From Prasinococcaceae sp. CCMP 1430 (Eukaryota > Plantae > Prasinodermophyta), in NCBI GenBank assembly GCA_013416795.1, contig RQSC01000033.1:399702-459080 (forward strand): DNA of 59,379 nt, given 5' to 3'. Within the stretch, counting starts at the first letter, position 1. Each line of letters opens with the position of its first letter. The position numbers were made by a program, and so were the translations under genes. The notes beneath the pieces were generated by a model. It saw only the letters and a list, made by a program, of their open reading frames with translations. It was not told where the DNA came from and made no database searches. Below are positions 58,913 to 59,379 of this stretch, piece after piece.

Positions 58913-59061
58913 GCGAAAATAAATGCACCTAAAATCAAAATAAATTCTTTTTTTCGGTACCTAGCTAGGTACCCAACGCAATGACAGTACACAGCGAAAA
59001 TATATGCACCTAAAATCAAAATAAATTCTTTTTTTCGGTACCCAACGCAATGACAGTACAC
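58913..59061 (+). repeat. Tandem duplication of a ~68-bp AT-rich unit, first copy with a 12-bp palindromic insertion
   Basis: gcgaaaata[a/t]atgcacctaaaatcaaaataaattctttttttcggtacc(tagctaggtacc)caacgcaatgacagtacac occurs twice. Confidence 0.9.
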
Positions 59062-59379
59062 GTACAGTAGGACTCATTTTTACTGGAGGAATGACCTGTG
59101 GATCGAGGGCAGTCCTCGTGCGCGCACGCACGAGGCAATGCGGAGTGACGTACAGTACCGAGGTCGAAACGCAGTGCGCTCGCCGGGCCCGGCGCGGCGG
59201 CGAGCGTCTCGTCCGTCTTGGGGTTTTTTAACGAACGGAACCGAAACTCCATCGCACCGTGACAATACGAATTGTCAATACTTTCGGAGAAATGATAGAC
59301 CCTATTTCGCAGCCGCGCGCGCGCCGTTGCGGCGGCATCGGCCGCTCAAACACGCGGGCGCGCGCGCGCGCGCGCGCGC

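Overview
GC-rich (visually ~70% GC), gene-dense eukaryotic nuclear scaffold. It has short GT-AG introns with CTGAC branch points, TGTAA poly(A) signals and TTTAGGG repeats, consistent with a green alga (prasinophyte-grade is an inference). About 24 nuclear genes or fragments are supported: a PsbP-like protein, two alpha-glucan phosphorylases (one ACT-fused), an ABC1K fragment, 3R-MYB, FPA-like RRM+SPOC, organellar RF2, RbcX, CCDC25, DBR1, a bZIP-like protein, clathrin light chain, NCX, cyclophilin, JMJD7, alliinase/TAR, homoserine dehydrogenase, NAT10, rubredoxin, an EF-hand protein, cysteine synthase, a SAM protein, NDUFA2 and eRF3. Two things stand out. (1) A 4.36-kb AT-rich block of intact plastid DNA at ~41318-45675 (ORF-rps14-trnfM-rps16-trnK-trnI-trnQ-petD-petB-psbH-psbN-psbT). 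It carries rps16 and red-lineage-like petB/petD residues, so it is probably not the host's own plastid; it could be a foreign insertion or a chimeric/contaminant assembly. (2) A Na+/Ca2+ exchanger gene with an in-frame UGA exactly at the conserved Ser of the alpha-1 GSAAFN motif, and an apparently circularly permuted C2 domain in place of the Calx-beta domains. Several N gaps and single-N joins limit synteny conclusions.
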